Shown one piece after another: positions 39,647-48,881 of a DNA stretch of 64,000 nt (within the stretch, counting starts at the first letter, position 1; the number at the start of each line of letters is the position of its first letter). Under the pieces are notes generated by a model. It saw only the letters and a list, made by a program, of their open reading frames with translations, was not told the DNA's origin and searched no databases. The translations under genes and the position numbers were made by a program. Source of the stretch: a virus (Duplodnaviria; Caudoviricetes); IMG/VR virus record IMGVR_UViG_3300007214_000055, positions 2,209 to 66,208 of that record. One strand, 5' to 3'.

Positions 39647-39879
39647 TGCAGCTTGGTGCAGCAGTGGTGGCAGTTCTTACTGCCATCATTGGCACCACCG
39701 TCACCATCGACGGACGCTACGCAAAGTCGCAGGAAGTTCAACAACAATTTTGCCAAGCACGCAAACAACAATTGCGTGATCGCATCTTTGAAATCGACTT
39801 AAAACCAAACGCGTCAGCTGCTGATAAAGCGCTACGCGAATACCTACAGCAACAACTACGCGATGGCTGTCAAAAGTAA
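39646..39879 (+). CDS. Small membrane-anchored protein (lysis cassette candidate)
   Basis: N-terminal hydrophobic helix followed by coiled coil. Confidence 0.45.
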   Translation: MQLGAAVVAVLTAIIGTTVTIDGRYAKSQEVQQQFCQARKQQLRDRIFEIDLKPNASAADKALREYLQQQLRDGCQK

Positions 39880-40000
39880 AGTCGGTGCAACGCGGATCGA
39901 GCATCAGCCCGGTCCGCCCAAAACCACCAGCATCGGCTACGGTCAACACAGCCGCCCGCGCAGGCGCGGCAAGAAACCCATGTGCGGTCAAGGCCGCTAA
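39863..40000 (+). CDS. Small basic protein (45 aa)
   Basis: MAVKSK...KTTSIGYG...RRRGKKPMCGQGR, resembling conserved cyanophage basic peptides; absent from the ORF track because of its size. Confidence 0.55.
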   Translation: MAVKSKVGATRIEHQPGPPKTTSIGYGQHSRPRRRGKKPMCGQGR

Positions 40001-40009
40001 ACTGCTGTC

Positions 40010-40264
40010 ATGATCGAGTTGATCGCTGCTATTGCTGGAGCGTCCATCTCGGTCGCGGCCATGGGCGCCATGGGCTTCAGCAAACGCAATGATGAAGCGC
40101 GTGATGCAGTGATTCGACTTACTGCCGCTGTCGAGCACATTGCCACGCAACTGGAAGTGCTGCACATCGACATCAAAGAAGATAGACGCGAAACATTTCA
40201 GCGCATCAGTGGTGTTGAGCAACGTGTGGCTACGCTAGAGGCACGCCCTCAACGGTTACACTAA
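40010..40264 (+). CDS. Putative holin-like protein
   Basis: One N-terminal TM helix plus coiled coil; adjacent to the endolysin. Confidence 0.5.
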   Translation: MIELIAAIAGASISVAAMGAMGFSKRNDEARDAVIRLTAAVEHIATQLEVLHIDIKEDRRETFQRISGVEQRVATLEARPQRLH

Positions 40265-40291
40265 TACGCTCCGCTTAACCGGCAACACCAC

Positions 40292-40438
40292 TCAAGTCCT
40301 AAGTCTTGCCGCAAGCCCCGGGTCGCGCTTCGTATTCACAATCACGACTGCGCGTCTGTAGAAATCGCAGTTGGTTTTGCCTGCCTTCTCGAGCGCAGCC
40401 TTGACCTTGGCCCAATTCTCCCAAGTGCGCTCATCCAT
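40292..40438 (-). CDS. Small hypothetical protein
   Basis: MDERTWENWAKVKAALEKAGKTNCDFYRRA; coupled to the endolysin stop. Confidence 0.6.
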   Translation of the reverse strand: MDERTWENWAKVKAALEKAGKTNCDFYRRAVVIVNTKRDPGLAARLRT

Positions 40439-41565
40439 CAGTAGACCCATTCCGCAGCTGGCCGCACGCCGGCGCCCGGTACAAACCCACCACCTCCGCG
40501 TGTGTCCAAGTGGATAAACCCCCGAGGACGACCATCCCCAAGACCACCCGTCCACCTGTACCGCACCCACTGGTAGAAGCTCTCCAAACTGCGGTCCACG
40601 GGGTATACATCGAATGCCTCACCTGTGACGTGCCGTGAACCCGGTACACCCCCGACTTGCCCATTGATGGGCTCCGGCCGATAGAAACTCGTCACACCCA
40701 GCGGCCGACCCCACGCCTCCCGCACTCGTTGAAATTCGGCTGCTGTGCGAATCAAGCGCGTGCGCACCGAAGCTCCCGGCCCCGGAATCCGTCGCGCATC
40801 CCACTGCAGAATTTCTCCCACCGTCAAATTTGGTGTCACCAAGCAGCTGAAGTCGCTCCACTGCACCTCCGGCTGTTTAACTGTCGCTGCCTCTACCATC
40901 TTCCGCCAATGAGGCTCAAACAGATACCAGCTACCAGCACTTGCAGCTAACTCCACCCGAGCGTGCGCATCAGCAACGCACTCCGAATATGCAACCACTG
41001 CATAGCTTTGGCCTTTTGCGCAAGCCACCCGCTCTTTTTCCCCAAGCTCGGTAGCCTGCACCGGCTCCTTCTTGAGCCACGTCGCCTGCAGCGCCTCCAT
41101 GCGGTACAGAATCGGCTTTGCTTCCTCCACATGGTCCTCTACCAACCGCAACAGCTTCTCCGCGTATTTGGGGTCCGTTGCGTAGCCCTGTTCGACCAAC
41201 TGTTTTGCCGCAGCCTGCAGCGTGGCAGCGCGATCAACACCTTCATATTTGCCCCAGTCCTTGTACCACCGGGTCACTAGATATTTGACACATGCCCCAA
41301 GATCGGGAAAATCCAAAAACTGCGCCGAGATCGTAACCCACTTCCCGTCCACGAACTCGCGAGTCTCACGCGTCTCACCCTGAGACCCCGCAGCTTTGAG
41401 CCCGAAATAGTTGTGCCTTCCACTGGTGTGCTGGCCGTAGCCAGACTCCAAAGCCCATTGCGCCGCCACCAGCTGCACCCACTTAGCACCTGCTGCCTTT
41501 GCCGCCTGCATCACACCATCCCAGGTGTTTGCATACTTCCGCGTAGGTGCGCCCATGAGTCCCAT
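40438..41565 (-). CDS. Endolysin: GH73 glucosaminidase + peptidase M15A
   Basis: AAQWALESGYG...NYFGLK...GYATDPKY; C-terminal SFYRP...SRHVTGEAFD...FIHLD. Confidence 0.88.
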   Translation of the reverse strand: MGLMGAPTRKYANTWDGVMQAAKAAGAKWVQLVAAQWALESGYGQHTSGRHNYFGLKAAGSQGETRETREFVDGKWVTISAQFLDFPDLGACVKYLVTRWYKDWGKYEGVDRAATLQAAAKQLVEQGYATDPKYAEKLLRLVEDHVEEAKPILYRMEALQATWLKKEPVQATELGEKERVACAKGQSYAVVAYSECVADAHARVELAASAGSWYLFEPHWRKMVEAATVKQPEVQWSDFSCLVTPNLTVGEILQWDARRIPGPGASVRTRLIRTAAEFQRVREAWGRPLGVTSFYRPEPINGQVGGVPGSRHVTGEAFDVYPVDRSLESFYQWVRYRWTGGLGDGRPRGFIHLDTRGGGGFVPGAGVRPAAEWVY

Positions 41566-41613
41566 GCAAGTACCTCTAGTCTACCAATACATGAATGCTA
41601 CCCAGCAAACGTA

Positions 41614-41805
41614 TCATAAATCGTTTATTCGTTTAGCACTCTGCGTTAATCTGCTACTTTTTCTAGCTCTCTTTTTCTTCAGATTCCAATCATAAAAAAA
41701 TTGGGCATCCTCCACCAAACGATGAAGGAGCCCATTAGGTAAACGCTCTGCGATTTTAGTCAGCCGTGCTAACAATTTAGAACGCAGTTCGCTGTCAAAA
41801 CTCAT
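41614..41805 (-). CDS. Hypothetical protein
   Basis: 63 aa, coupled to the AbrB stop. Confidence 0.55.
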   Translation of the reverse strand: MSFDSELRSKLLARLTKIAERLPNGLLHRLVEDAQFFYDWNLKKKRARKSSRLTQSAKRINDL

Positions 41806-42194
41806 TTAGCCGCGGTAGCACTAGCAGTTGCAGCTTTAGCTGCAGGTTGCACGTCCGCCACAGTCTGAGGCACAAGCCGAATGGCATCGTCTTCAATAAC
41901 GATTTTCAGCTCGTCCCCAGGCTCCACCCCAAACTTCTCTGAGTACGTCTTACCGATCAAAATGACGCCAGTACGATGTACCGTCGTCATAAATTGCGCT
42001 GTTTTGCCAGGCTTTTTAGCCGTTTTAAGCTTGACTCCTTTGGCTTCAAGCAACGCCTGGTGCAGTTTGGTCGTCAGCAGCCGTTCGACGCCTTTATCGG
42101 TCGTACGTACGTAGCCCGCACCGCGCGCAAGCTGCGCTTGATCCATATCTGGATTGGCTTTCACAAACGAAAGCAATTCTTGTCCTGTGAGCAT
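41802..42194 (-). CDS. Cyanobacterial AbrB-like transcriptional regulator
   Basis: MLTGQELL...LARGAGYV...LLEAKG...GVILIGKTYSEKFGVEPGDELKI matches the cyAbrB pattern. Confidence 0.82.
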   Translation of the reverse strand: MLTGQELLSFVKANPDMDQAQLARGAGYVRTTDKGVERLLTTKLHQALLEAKGVKLKTAKKPGKTAQFMTTVHRTGVILIGKTYSEKFGVEPGDELKIVIEDDAIRLVPQTVADVQPAAKAATASATAAK

Positions 42195-42235
42195 TGGAAG
42201 AAAAACGCTACCAGGACAGCCTACCACGTAATGCG

Positions 42236-44185
42236 CTATTTGGCATCAGCCCACGTACTACCAAACGAAGCCTCAGCCACGATAGGTACTTGTTGGCAAA
42301 CCACAGCACCGGCAGCTTCCATAGAAGCAGCCAGAGCAGCCGCCCACTTGTTAACAATAGCCTCCTGCACTTCGAGCACGATCTCGTCGTGTACCACCGC
42401 GATTAGCTGCGCCTCGCCCGGTTCAGCCGCTTTTATGTGATCCCATATCATAACTGTAGCAATTTTAGTAATATCACCAGCTGTACCTTGAACTTGTGTG
42501 TTTATACGTGTAGTATATTTATCGTTAAAGCCTGTTAGTATGCGGCGCCTTCCGTACCTCGTAAATACAGCTTTCGTGGTTTTGTTACCTTCAAGCATTT
42601 GCCATTGATACAGTTCTGGATATGCGTCTCTAAACCCTGTAACTAATCCTTGGGCTTCTTCAAGTTCCATATCGACACCATACTGAGCTACTGCTTGTTT
42701 GCGCAATGTAGCTGCACCTGCACCGTACAAAAGACCAAAATTACAAAGTTTAGCTGAGGTACGTTCTTGTTTAGTAATACTATCGGCGTTTTTACCTGTT
42801 ACTAAAGCTGCTGTTTCAGTGTGCAAGTCTCTACCGGCCCTGTAAGCAGCCAGCATGCGACTTTCACCTGATAGTTCGGCAGCAACTCGCAGTTCGACCT
42901 GGCTGAAATCTGCCACTACTAAGCAACAACCCTCCCGAGCTCGAAACAATCGCCTGAACTCACCTTCGCGCGGAACTTGTTGCAAATTCGGTGAGCTACA
43001 ACTCATACGACCTGTTTCAGTACCCATCTGTCTGTATCCCGCGTGAATACGCCCATCGGGACCTATGGATTCCAGTAATTTTTCGATATGTGATACACGA
43101 GTTACAGCGGCTTTCCACTCCATATAAAGTGCTACGAGCTCGTGAGACCCCTTAAGGAAAGCCAATAAATTCTGATCTAAACTAGGCAATCCTTTTTCAT
43201 CAGGTGGTAATAAAATACCTGCCTGCTCAAAGCGTTCGGCCATCTGTTTTGGCGAGCGCGGGTTGAACCCTTTATATAGCTTCGTGCCTTTGCGAATAGA
43301 TCCGGAATCTTTTTCTCGCGTGTTTAGTGTGCCATCGCTATCCCTGGGCAACCAAACAGAAGGCTCATCTGGATTCTCGTGTTTAATCGCCGCATCTAAT
43401 GCTTCTAAAAATGTAGTCTTAAGTGACTCTGCTTTGTCTTGTAGTGATACCTGCAAACTGCTGGCAGCGACTGCGTCAAAGCCAAATCCATGCCATTGCA
43501 TCCTGGCTATCGGTCTCAACGCCATCATTTCAAGACGAAACACATCCCACAAAGTCACCGAGGACGACACTTCTGATTCCTTCAGCGCCGCCACCAGTGC
43601 TGGTACCAACCTCGGGAGACAAATTGCGTCTCGCGCGGCATAGCTAAGCATTTCGTCCGAAATATCACCACCCCAGTCAGCCTTCTGCAACTCTTTTGGT
43701 AGTGGAACGCGCAGCACACGATTAACAATACTTCCAAGATCATTTTTTGCACCAGTGCCATTATTAACTATTTTAGCGGCAATCATAGTATCAAAAATAG
43801 AGCCACCAAGTTCTATTCCTTCACCTAGTAAAAAGTTAAGATCAAAAGCTGCATTCTGTAGCACTTTATGCTTACTACCTTCAAGCAACCCCTTTAGCTG
43901 CTTCAAACCAGGAGCATCCCAAGGGAGCTGCCGCTCCCCGGCATCTCGCCATCCGTCGACATTCACAATCAATGCGTAGTCGCAAGTTGCGACTTGAATG
44001 AGACGCACGCGATTTGCCAGGGGATCCAAACCCGTGGTCTCTGTGTCCACTCCTAGCGGTCCGGCGGCTTCTTCGAGCTCTCTCACGCGACGCTCTAGTA
44101 ATGACGCCGAAGCGGGACCACGAACGAAGTCAAAATCAACATTTTCCAAAGCGTGCTTGTTGGCAAGCGACTCAGTTGAAGGCAT
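42236..44185 (-). CDS. polA: DNA polymerase family A (3'-5' exo + polymerase)
   Basis: DTETTG exo I; TGRMSCSSPNLQQVP; DFSQVELR; AKLCNFGLLYG; VHDEI. Confidence 0.95.
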   Translation of the reverse strand: MPSTESLANKHALENVDFDFVRGPASASLLERRVRELEEAAGPLGVDTETTGLDPLANRVRLIQVATCDYALIVNVDGWRDAGERQLPWDAPGLKQLKGLLEGSKHKVLQNAAFDLNFLLGEGIELGGSIFDTMIAAKIVNNGTGAKNDLGSIVNRVLRVPLPKELQKADWGGDISDEMLSYAARDAICLPRLVPALVAALKESEVSSSVTLWDVFRLEMMALRPIARMQWHGFGFDAVAASSLQVSLQDKAESLKTTFLEALDAAIKHENPDEPSVWLPRDSDGTLNTREKDSGSIRKGTKLYKGFNPRSPKQMAERFEQAGILLPPDEKGLPSLDQNLLAFLKGSHELVALYMEWKAAVTRVSHIEKLLESIGPDGRIHAGYRQMGTETGRMSCSSPNLQQVPREGEFRRLFRAREGCCLVVADFSQVELRVAAELSGESRMLAAYRAGRDLHTETAALVTGKNADSITKQERTSAKLCNFGLLYGAGAATLRKQAVAQYGVDMELEEAQGLVTGFRDAYPELYQWQMLEGNKTTKAVFTRYGRRRILTGFNDKYTTRINTQVQGTAGDITKIATVMIWDHIKAAEPGEAQLIAVVHDEIVLEVQEAIVNKWAAALAASMEAAGAVVCQQVPIVAEASFGSTWADAK

Positions 44186-44208
44186 ACTTGGTTAAATGCA
44201 GTGGCTGT

Positions 44209-44421
44209 GTGGACGACCTTTCGCTTAATTTTGCTCAAGAAGCAGCATTGAGACAGATCGATGAATGCACTAATGTAGCAGAGCTACAAGCTGTGGCTAA
44301 GAGTCTCGTTAAGTCTCATTTTACAGCACGCAGCTACATAGCAAGACTACTTCTGCAGGATCTTGCTGCGTCTCCCCGCTACGCCGGTGCATCCCACCCG
44401 GAATCATCCCAGCTTCCGTAG
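44209..44421 (+). CDS. Small helical protein, possible NblA-like
   Basis: GTG start; LSLNFAQEAALRQIDECTNVAELQAVAKSLVKSHFTARSYIARLL aligns by eye to the NblA helix-loop-helix register. Confidence 0.4.
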   Translation: MDDLSLNFAQEAALRQIDECTNVAELQAVAKSLVKSHFTARSYIARLLLQDLAASPRYAGASHPESSQLP

Positions 44422-47141
44422 TCCTGCGTAGAACCGGGGTCCCTATATATGCCTGGGACCGTGTCCAAAACCTCTGAGGCATTCTCTGAAACCCCTGTAC
44501 TGGAAAGGGTTTCAGCCGCTGAGGTTTTGGACAACCCTGCTGGTGTGTCCGAAATGTCCAAAACCTCTGAGTCCGTTTCGGCCACAGTTTTCCCCACGTT
44601 TTCCACAACCACCTCAGTCTCGTGCGTCTCGTCTGGGACTGTATCTTCACGTACTGTTTCGTCCTCGGGGGTTTCGGACACTTCTTGGGTTTTGGACAAA
44701 TTGTCCGAAACGTGTCCAAAACTCAAATCGCTTCTACTGGAAGGAGTTTCAAAGAAAGATGGGGGGTTTTGGACATCCGTAGGCTCGTATATAGGACCCT
44801 TGACAGAAAAAGCCGTGCAAGGGCGCCCTCCTTTTTGTCCCGCCTGTCTCACAGACCCCTCCTCCACGAGGCCGGCAACAACCCACCGCCGCACCCATCG
44901 CTTCACGGTCTTCTCGCTCACCACCGTCCCGGGCCCACGACGCCCCGCCAGTCGATTGTTCAGCGCGTAGCGCAGCTCCTTTGCCGTCATCGGCCCCTCT
45001 GCGTCCTTGAGAATCCCGAGGACGATCGTCCGAGGCTGTTCATCCCCGTTACCTCCGTTCTCTCTGGTAACTGTCGGAGTCAGGTCTTCGATGCTCAGTG
45101 CTTCCTCGATGTCTTCTCGCACGAGAAAGCGGTCTCCACCCCGCATGCCTCGGCTCTTGTCAATTTCAAGGATGAGCGCGTGATCTCCATACTGAGCACG
45201 CTCTTCATCGGTCAGGTCTTTAAGCTCCCATGTTTCGTGCACAGCATTTCGCAGCGTGTCCGTTCCGCGAAACTTCGTGCCATCCTTGGTGTTGTGGTGA
45301 ATCCATAGGAACGTCGTAGCTGGAAAAGCCGTACCATTCTCCCGCGCTAAGCGATACAACGTATTTGAGTATTCTTTTTCGTATTCTTTAGCAGCAATCA
45401 TAGTGCTAACAGATGTGAGTGAGTCCACTACCACTAATACTGGCTTGATTTCTTGCAACCAACGCAGCAACACACGATACTGACTTTGCTGCCATTGAGG
45501 TTTGAACCGCAACCACTTATCTTGTCCTGTTGAATCGATGCCCTGTTGATCCAGATATTCTGCGTAGTCTGTCATTGACATGTCGTTGCCGATGAACAGC
45601 ACATTCCCCGAGACCGTTGGCTCCACTGTGAGTCCCCGCACTTTCATCGGCAGCTTCTGCCCCACGATCTTGGCCAGCAACACCGCCAATCTTGTTTTTC
45701 CCATCCCGCCCCGGGCATGCAGCAGGATCGAGCTAGGCGCCGATACAAAGTCCGGGATCAGGTAGTCCCGCTGCCCACGCACCTTCTCTTGCCACAGCGG
45801 GTCTTCTTCCACTTGCTCCTGGTGCAGCAAAAACCTTTCGAGCGCCGACTCAACCTGCGGCCCCGATTTGTAGACGTGCGTCAACCCCGAGTCCCGCACC
45901 AGCTCCATCAACTGGTAGTGCGCCAGCTCTGCGTTGTCGTAGCCATTGATGATCCGCTCGGCTGTCGTGAAGAACTCCTCTCCTGTCAGTCGCTTCAGCG
46001 GCGCATCTTTGATGGTGACCTCCGTCGCTGTTGCGCAGGCGGGGTAGTCGTATCCGAGCTCGCCAGCCAACTCCGCCACATAGGCCTCGAGATCCGGTCC
46101 GTTCGGACGGCCCGCGTGCATGTCCTTGGTGCGGAGCTTGTGCACAAAGTCCAGGACGTCACCCCCTACACCGCATGCCTTGCAGTCCCAGCACCCCGTC
46201 TCTTCGGCATATTGAAACGTCGTTCCGCTGCGACCCCCATGCCATGGGCAGCCACTCATGCGCTGTGGCTTATGCCCACCCCGGCTCTTCCAGCCGTAAG
46301 TCTCAAACACCTCGTGACGAAACACCAGCTGCTCCAACCGAGGCCGCAGCAACGCCTGCACCTCTTCCTTGAAGAACCACCCGCGAATCTGTCGTGGTGG
46401 CACAGCCGTCTGACCCCCGAGGTCGTTCATGACCTCTTTCTGCTCGGCTTCCGACAGCCACTGCACTGGCTTTCGATGCGGCCGTAACACATCAAGCACC
46501 CACTGCGGTGCTTCCGCTACCAGGCCTTCGTTGTAGTTGAGAAATCGATAGGGCTGCTTGGTTTCTGGATGTGGAGATCCTGGAACCACGCTTTGGCAAG
46601 CGTTGAAACGCAGCACCACCTCTTCGTAAGCTGCCCCGCTAACAGCATCGACATCACCACCAGCACCACGGTTGGTATCCCCATGCCCCAGATGCCAGCC
46701 GCCGTCATCAGTCCGCAGAATCAACGTCTTGACGTGCTCGAGCTCCGCCACCAGACGTTTTGGTACCTGATACAAAAGCTGTCTCCTCCCCGGCTTCCCT
46801 GAAGTCCACGACATGGTTTTTTCAGCCCCGTAGGCCTCGTATTCGAGGCCCGCCACTTCTCGATAACGCTGATCAGCAGTGGCTCCATCAATGTCAAGAG
46901 CGATAAGTCCACCCGAGAACGAGCCGGTAACAACTCCAAGACCCACGTAGTCCTGCCTGAGTTGATAAGCCGTCATGCACTCAATCCGCGTTAGCGGTTT
47001 GGTGCTCCACTCTTTGACGTATGTGGCCTTTCCCGCAACAGGCACAAACGCCCATCCATCAGGAAAAACATCACGACGGAGCAATTCAATAGCACGTCCT
47101 TCTAGGACGGCCGGACTGTTGCCTTTTGCTTGTGTGTCCAT
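44379..47141 (-). CDS. Primase-polymerase / Zn-finger / AAA helicase replication protein
   Basis: Prim-pol N-terminus (GLGVVTG...LIALDIDG, VVPGSPHP); CPWH...CKAC Zn finger; Walker A ARGGMGKT; Walker B VVVDS; HHNTK. Confidence 0.9.
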   Translation of the reverse strand: MDTQAKGNSPAVLEGRAIELLRRDVFPDGWAFVPVAGKATYVKEWSTKPLTRIECMTAYQLRQDYVGLGVVTGSFSGGLIALDIDGATADQRYREVAGLEYEAYGAEKTMSWTSGKPGRRQLLYQVPKRLVAELEHVKTLILRTDDGGWHLGHGDTNRGAGGDVDAVSGAAYEEVVLRFNACQSVVPGSPHPETKQPYRFLNYNEGLVAEAPQWVLDVLRPHRKPVQWLSEAEQKEVMNDLGGQTAVPPRQIRGWFFKEEVQALLRPRLEQLVFRHEVFETYGWKSRGGHKPQRMSGCPWHGGRSGTTFQYAEETGCWDCKACGVGGDVLDFVHKLRTKDMHAGRPNGPDLEAYVAELAGELGYDYPACATATEVTIKDAPLKRLTGEEFFTTAERIINGYDNAELAHYQLMELVRDSGLTHVYKSGPQVESALERFLLHQEQVEEDPLWQEKVRGQRDYLIPDFVSAPSSILLHARGGMGKTRLAVLLAKIVGQKLPMKVRGLTVEPTVSGNVLFIGNDMSMTDYAEYLDQQGIDSTGQDKWLRFKPQWQQSQYRVLLRWLQEIKPVLVVVDSLTSVSTMIAAKEYEKEYSNTLYRLARENGTAFPATTFLWIHHNTKDGTKFRGTDTLRNAVHETWELKDLTDEERAQYGDHALILEIDKSRGMRGGDRFLVREDIEEALSIEDLTPTVTRENGGNGDEQPRTIVLGILKDAEGPMTAKELRYALNNRLAGRRGPGTVVSEKTVKRWVRRWVVAGLVEEGSVRQAGQKGGRPCTAFSVKGPIYEPTDVQNPPSFFETPSSRSDLSFGHVSDNLSKTQEVSETPEDETVREDTVPDETHETEVVVENVGKTVAETDSEVLDISDTPAGLSKTSAAETLSSTGVSENASEVLDTVPGIYRDPGSTQDYGSWDDSGWDAPA
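44462..44775. repeat. Nine direct/inverted TGTCC(A/G)AAA(C) repeats, candidate origin iterons
   Basis: Copies at 44462, 44524(rc), 44546, 44555, 44671(rc), 44689(rc), 44702, 44713 and 44766(rc). Confidence 0.8.
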
Positions 47142-47170
47142 TACGCTTTAAGCAGCAAGTGAAGGCCTAG

Positions 47171-47198
47171 GCCCCCTGTCGCAAGCAGGGGGCTTTTT
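47171..47198 (+). terminator. Rho-independent terminator-like hairpin
   Basis: GCCCCCTG-TCGCAAG-CAGGGGGC-TTTTT in the divergent intergenic region. Confidence 0.7.
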
Positions 47199-47298
47199 CT
47201 TGGCCGTGTTTCACCGTAACCGCGTCCCCGGCCCCGCACAACAGGCAGTGCTGAGTCTCTATAGACTCACTGATTCCTGCACGAACGCTCCCAAACAG

Positions 47299-47327
47299 TT
47301 GACAAGCTCACTGCAATCCCCTAAGAT
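47299..47327 (+). promoter_or_regulatory. Sigma70-type promoter
   Basis: TTGACA-17 nt-TAAGAT upstream of the SSB-like gene. Confidence 0.8.
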
Positions 47328-47392
47328 CTGCGCAAGAGGGCGGAAACCCCGCACCTCTGGCACATCACCCACCATTTACGGGATTTAGCCAC

Positions 47393-47926
47393 ATGTCCGC
47401 TTTTCTTTCACCAGACGCTATTGAGGAGATCTCTAAGGAGTCATCTGGCTCGGGTCGCTACCTAAACCCCTCCAAACTCACAGAAGAAGTCCGAGTACGT
47501 TTCTTTGGTTCTGGTATTACTGGCTTTGAAGCTTGGACCACGGATAACAAACCTATTCGTTGGGAAACAAAACCCGAAGAGCTTCCAGCTAACATTCGCC
47601 AACAAGAAGGCTACCAAACAGTTAAGCGTTTCGTTGCAGGACTTGTTTACGATTACTCTTCTGACGACTTCAAAATCCTACAGATCACTCAAAAGACTCT
47701 AATGGATAAACTTTTTAAGTTTATCTCCGATGAGGATTACGGTGATCCGACTGGTTACGACGTCAAAATCGACAAAACAGGAGAAGGCAAAAAAACAGAG
47801 TACACACTTGTAGCTGCGCCTCCTAAAGCAGTTAAAGCTGACATTCAAAAGCGCTTTGATGAGCTTAAGTGCGATCTTAGCCGGCTTTTTGATGGCGAAG
47901 ATCCTTTTGGCGAAGTAACTGCTTAG
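47393..47926 (+). CDS. Single-stranded DNA-binding protein-like
   Basis: RYLNPSK...KILQITQKT...YDVKIDKTGEGKKTEY, with acidic/aromatic C-terminus LFDGEDPF. Confidence 0.6.
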   Translation: MSAFLSPDAIEEISKESSGSGRYLNPSKLTEEVRVRFFGSGITGFEAWTTDNKPIRWETKPEELPANIRQQEGYQTVKRFVAGLVYDYSSDDFKILQITQKTLMDKLFKFISDEDYGDPTGYDVKIDKTGEGKKTEYTLVAAPPKAVKADIQKRFDELKCDLSRLFDGEDPFGEVTA

Positions 47927-47939
47927 TCACTCAATTTCT

Positions 47940-47965
47940 AGGGGAGTTTAGCACTCCCCTTTTTT
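47940..47965 (+). terminator. Rho-independent terminator
   Basis: AGGGGAGT-TTAGC-ACTCCCCT-TTTTT. Confidence 0.85.
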
Positions 47966-47977
47966 GCCCTCAACCAA

Positions 47978-48211
47978 ATGGATACAACAAAACTACTAGG
48001 ACGTAACATTCGTTTTCATCTTTTTCGCACTGAACTCACTCTACGAGATGCTGCCGAGTCTGCCGGCGTATCTGTGTACTCTTTGGGTCGTATGGCTAGT
48101 GGTAAAACCAAGTTGATTGATCCTAACATGCTCACAGATCTCATGCGTGTATTCAAGTGTGACGCGAATGCGCTGCTGCTTCCTATCGAGGGTGTTCCTT
48201 ATGATACGTGA
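47978..48211 (+). CDS. XRE/Cro-like HTH protein
   Basis: LTLRDAAESAGVSVYSLGRMASG. Confidence 0.75.
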   Translation: MDTTKLLGRNIRFHLFRTELTLRDAAESAGVSVYSLGRMASGKTKLIDPNMLTDLMRVFKCDANALLLPIEGVPYDT

Positions 48212-48881
48212 TGCTATTCGTGGCTTACCCAAGTATGAACCTCTTCGTTCTCATTTAGATGGTGAACGCAGCTATTCCACACCTTTAGGTGTGTGCCGTT
48301 CTGTTACTACCATTCTCAACGCCACACGAGACACCTCAGGGCTTGAAGCTTGGCGTGAATCCGTAGGTGAAACCCGCGCTGATTTCATCTGTAATCTTGC
48401 TGCTTTTCGCGGCACCCGCCACCACGATGCCATCGAGCGCTTTCTGCTAGATGGCACCGAACCCAAGTTCGATTATCTAAACACACCCTATTGGAAAAGC
48501 ACTCGTGCCTTTTTGACCCGCATTCGTAAACCATTAGTTACTGAAGGAGCTGTTTACCATCCCTTACGCTATGCCGGTACATTTGATTGTATCGGATACT
48601 TAGACGACGATGGTGAACAACCGTCTTTGCTTGATTGGAAAACCGCGGACAAAGAGCGTAACCCCGCAAAAATGTACGAATATGCACTTCAAGTTGCTGC
48701 ATATACTGCAGCTGCTAACTATGTGTATAAGCCACAAGGCTTAAACATAACACGTGCTTTAATCGTAGTAGCTATTCCTGATGAACCTCCCCAAATAGAA
48801 GAGCTATCCCCTCGTCAGCTAAGCCAGTACATGCAACATTTTGAAGCACGCATCAAACGTTTTACCCGAGCTCGTGCATGA
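48201..48881 (+). CDS. PD-(D/E)XK exonuclease
   Basis: SVTTIL...GTRHH...YAGTFDCI...LLDWKT...QVAAY. Confidence 0.85.
   Translation: MIRDAIRGLPKYEPLRSHLDGERSYSTPLGVCRSVTTILNATRDTSGLEAWRESVGETRADFICNLAAFRGTRHHDAIERFLLDGTEPKFDYLNTPYWKSTRAFLTRIRKPLVTEGAVYHPLRYAGTFDCIGYLDDDGEQPSLLDWKTADKERNPAKMYEYALQVAAYTAAANYVYKPQGLNITRALIVVAIPDEPPQIEELSPRQLSQYMQHFEARIKRFTRARA

Noticed and set aside
42640-42780. Unusual PolA motif B or modified-base (Z-genome) system
   Set aside because: Motif B has the ordinary Phe (AKLCNFG), and no purZ/datZ/mazZ-like genes were recognised.
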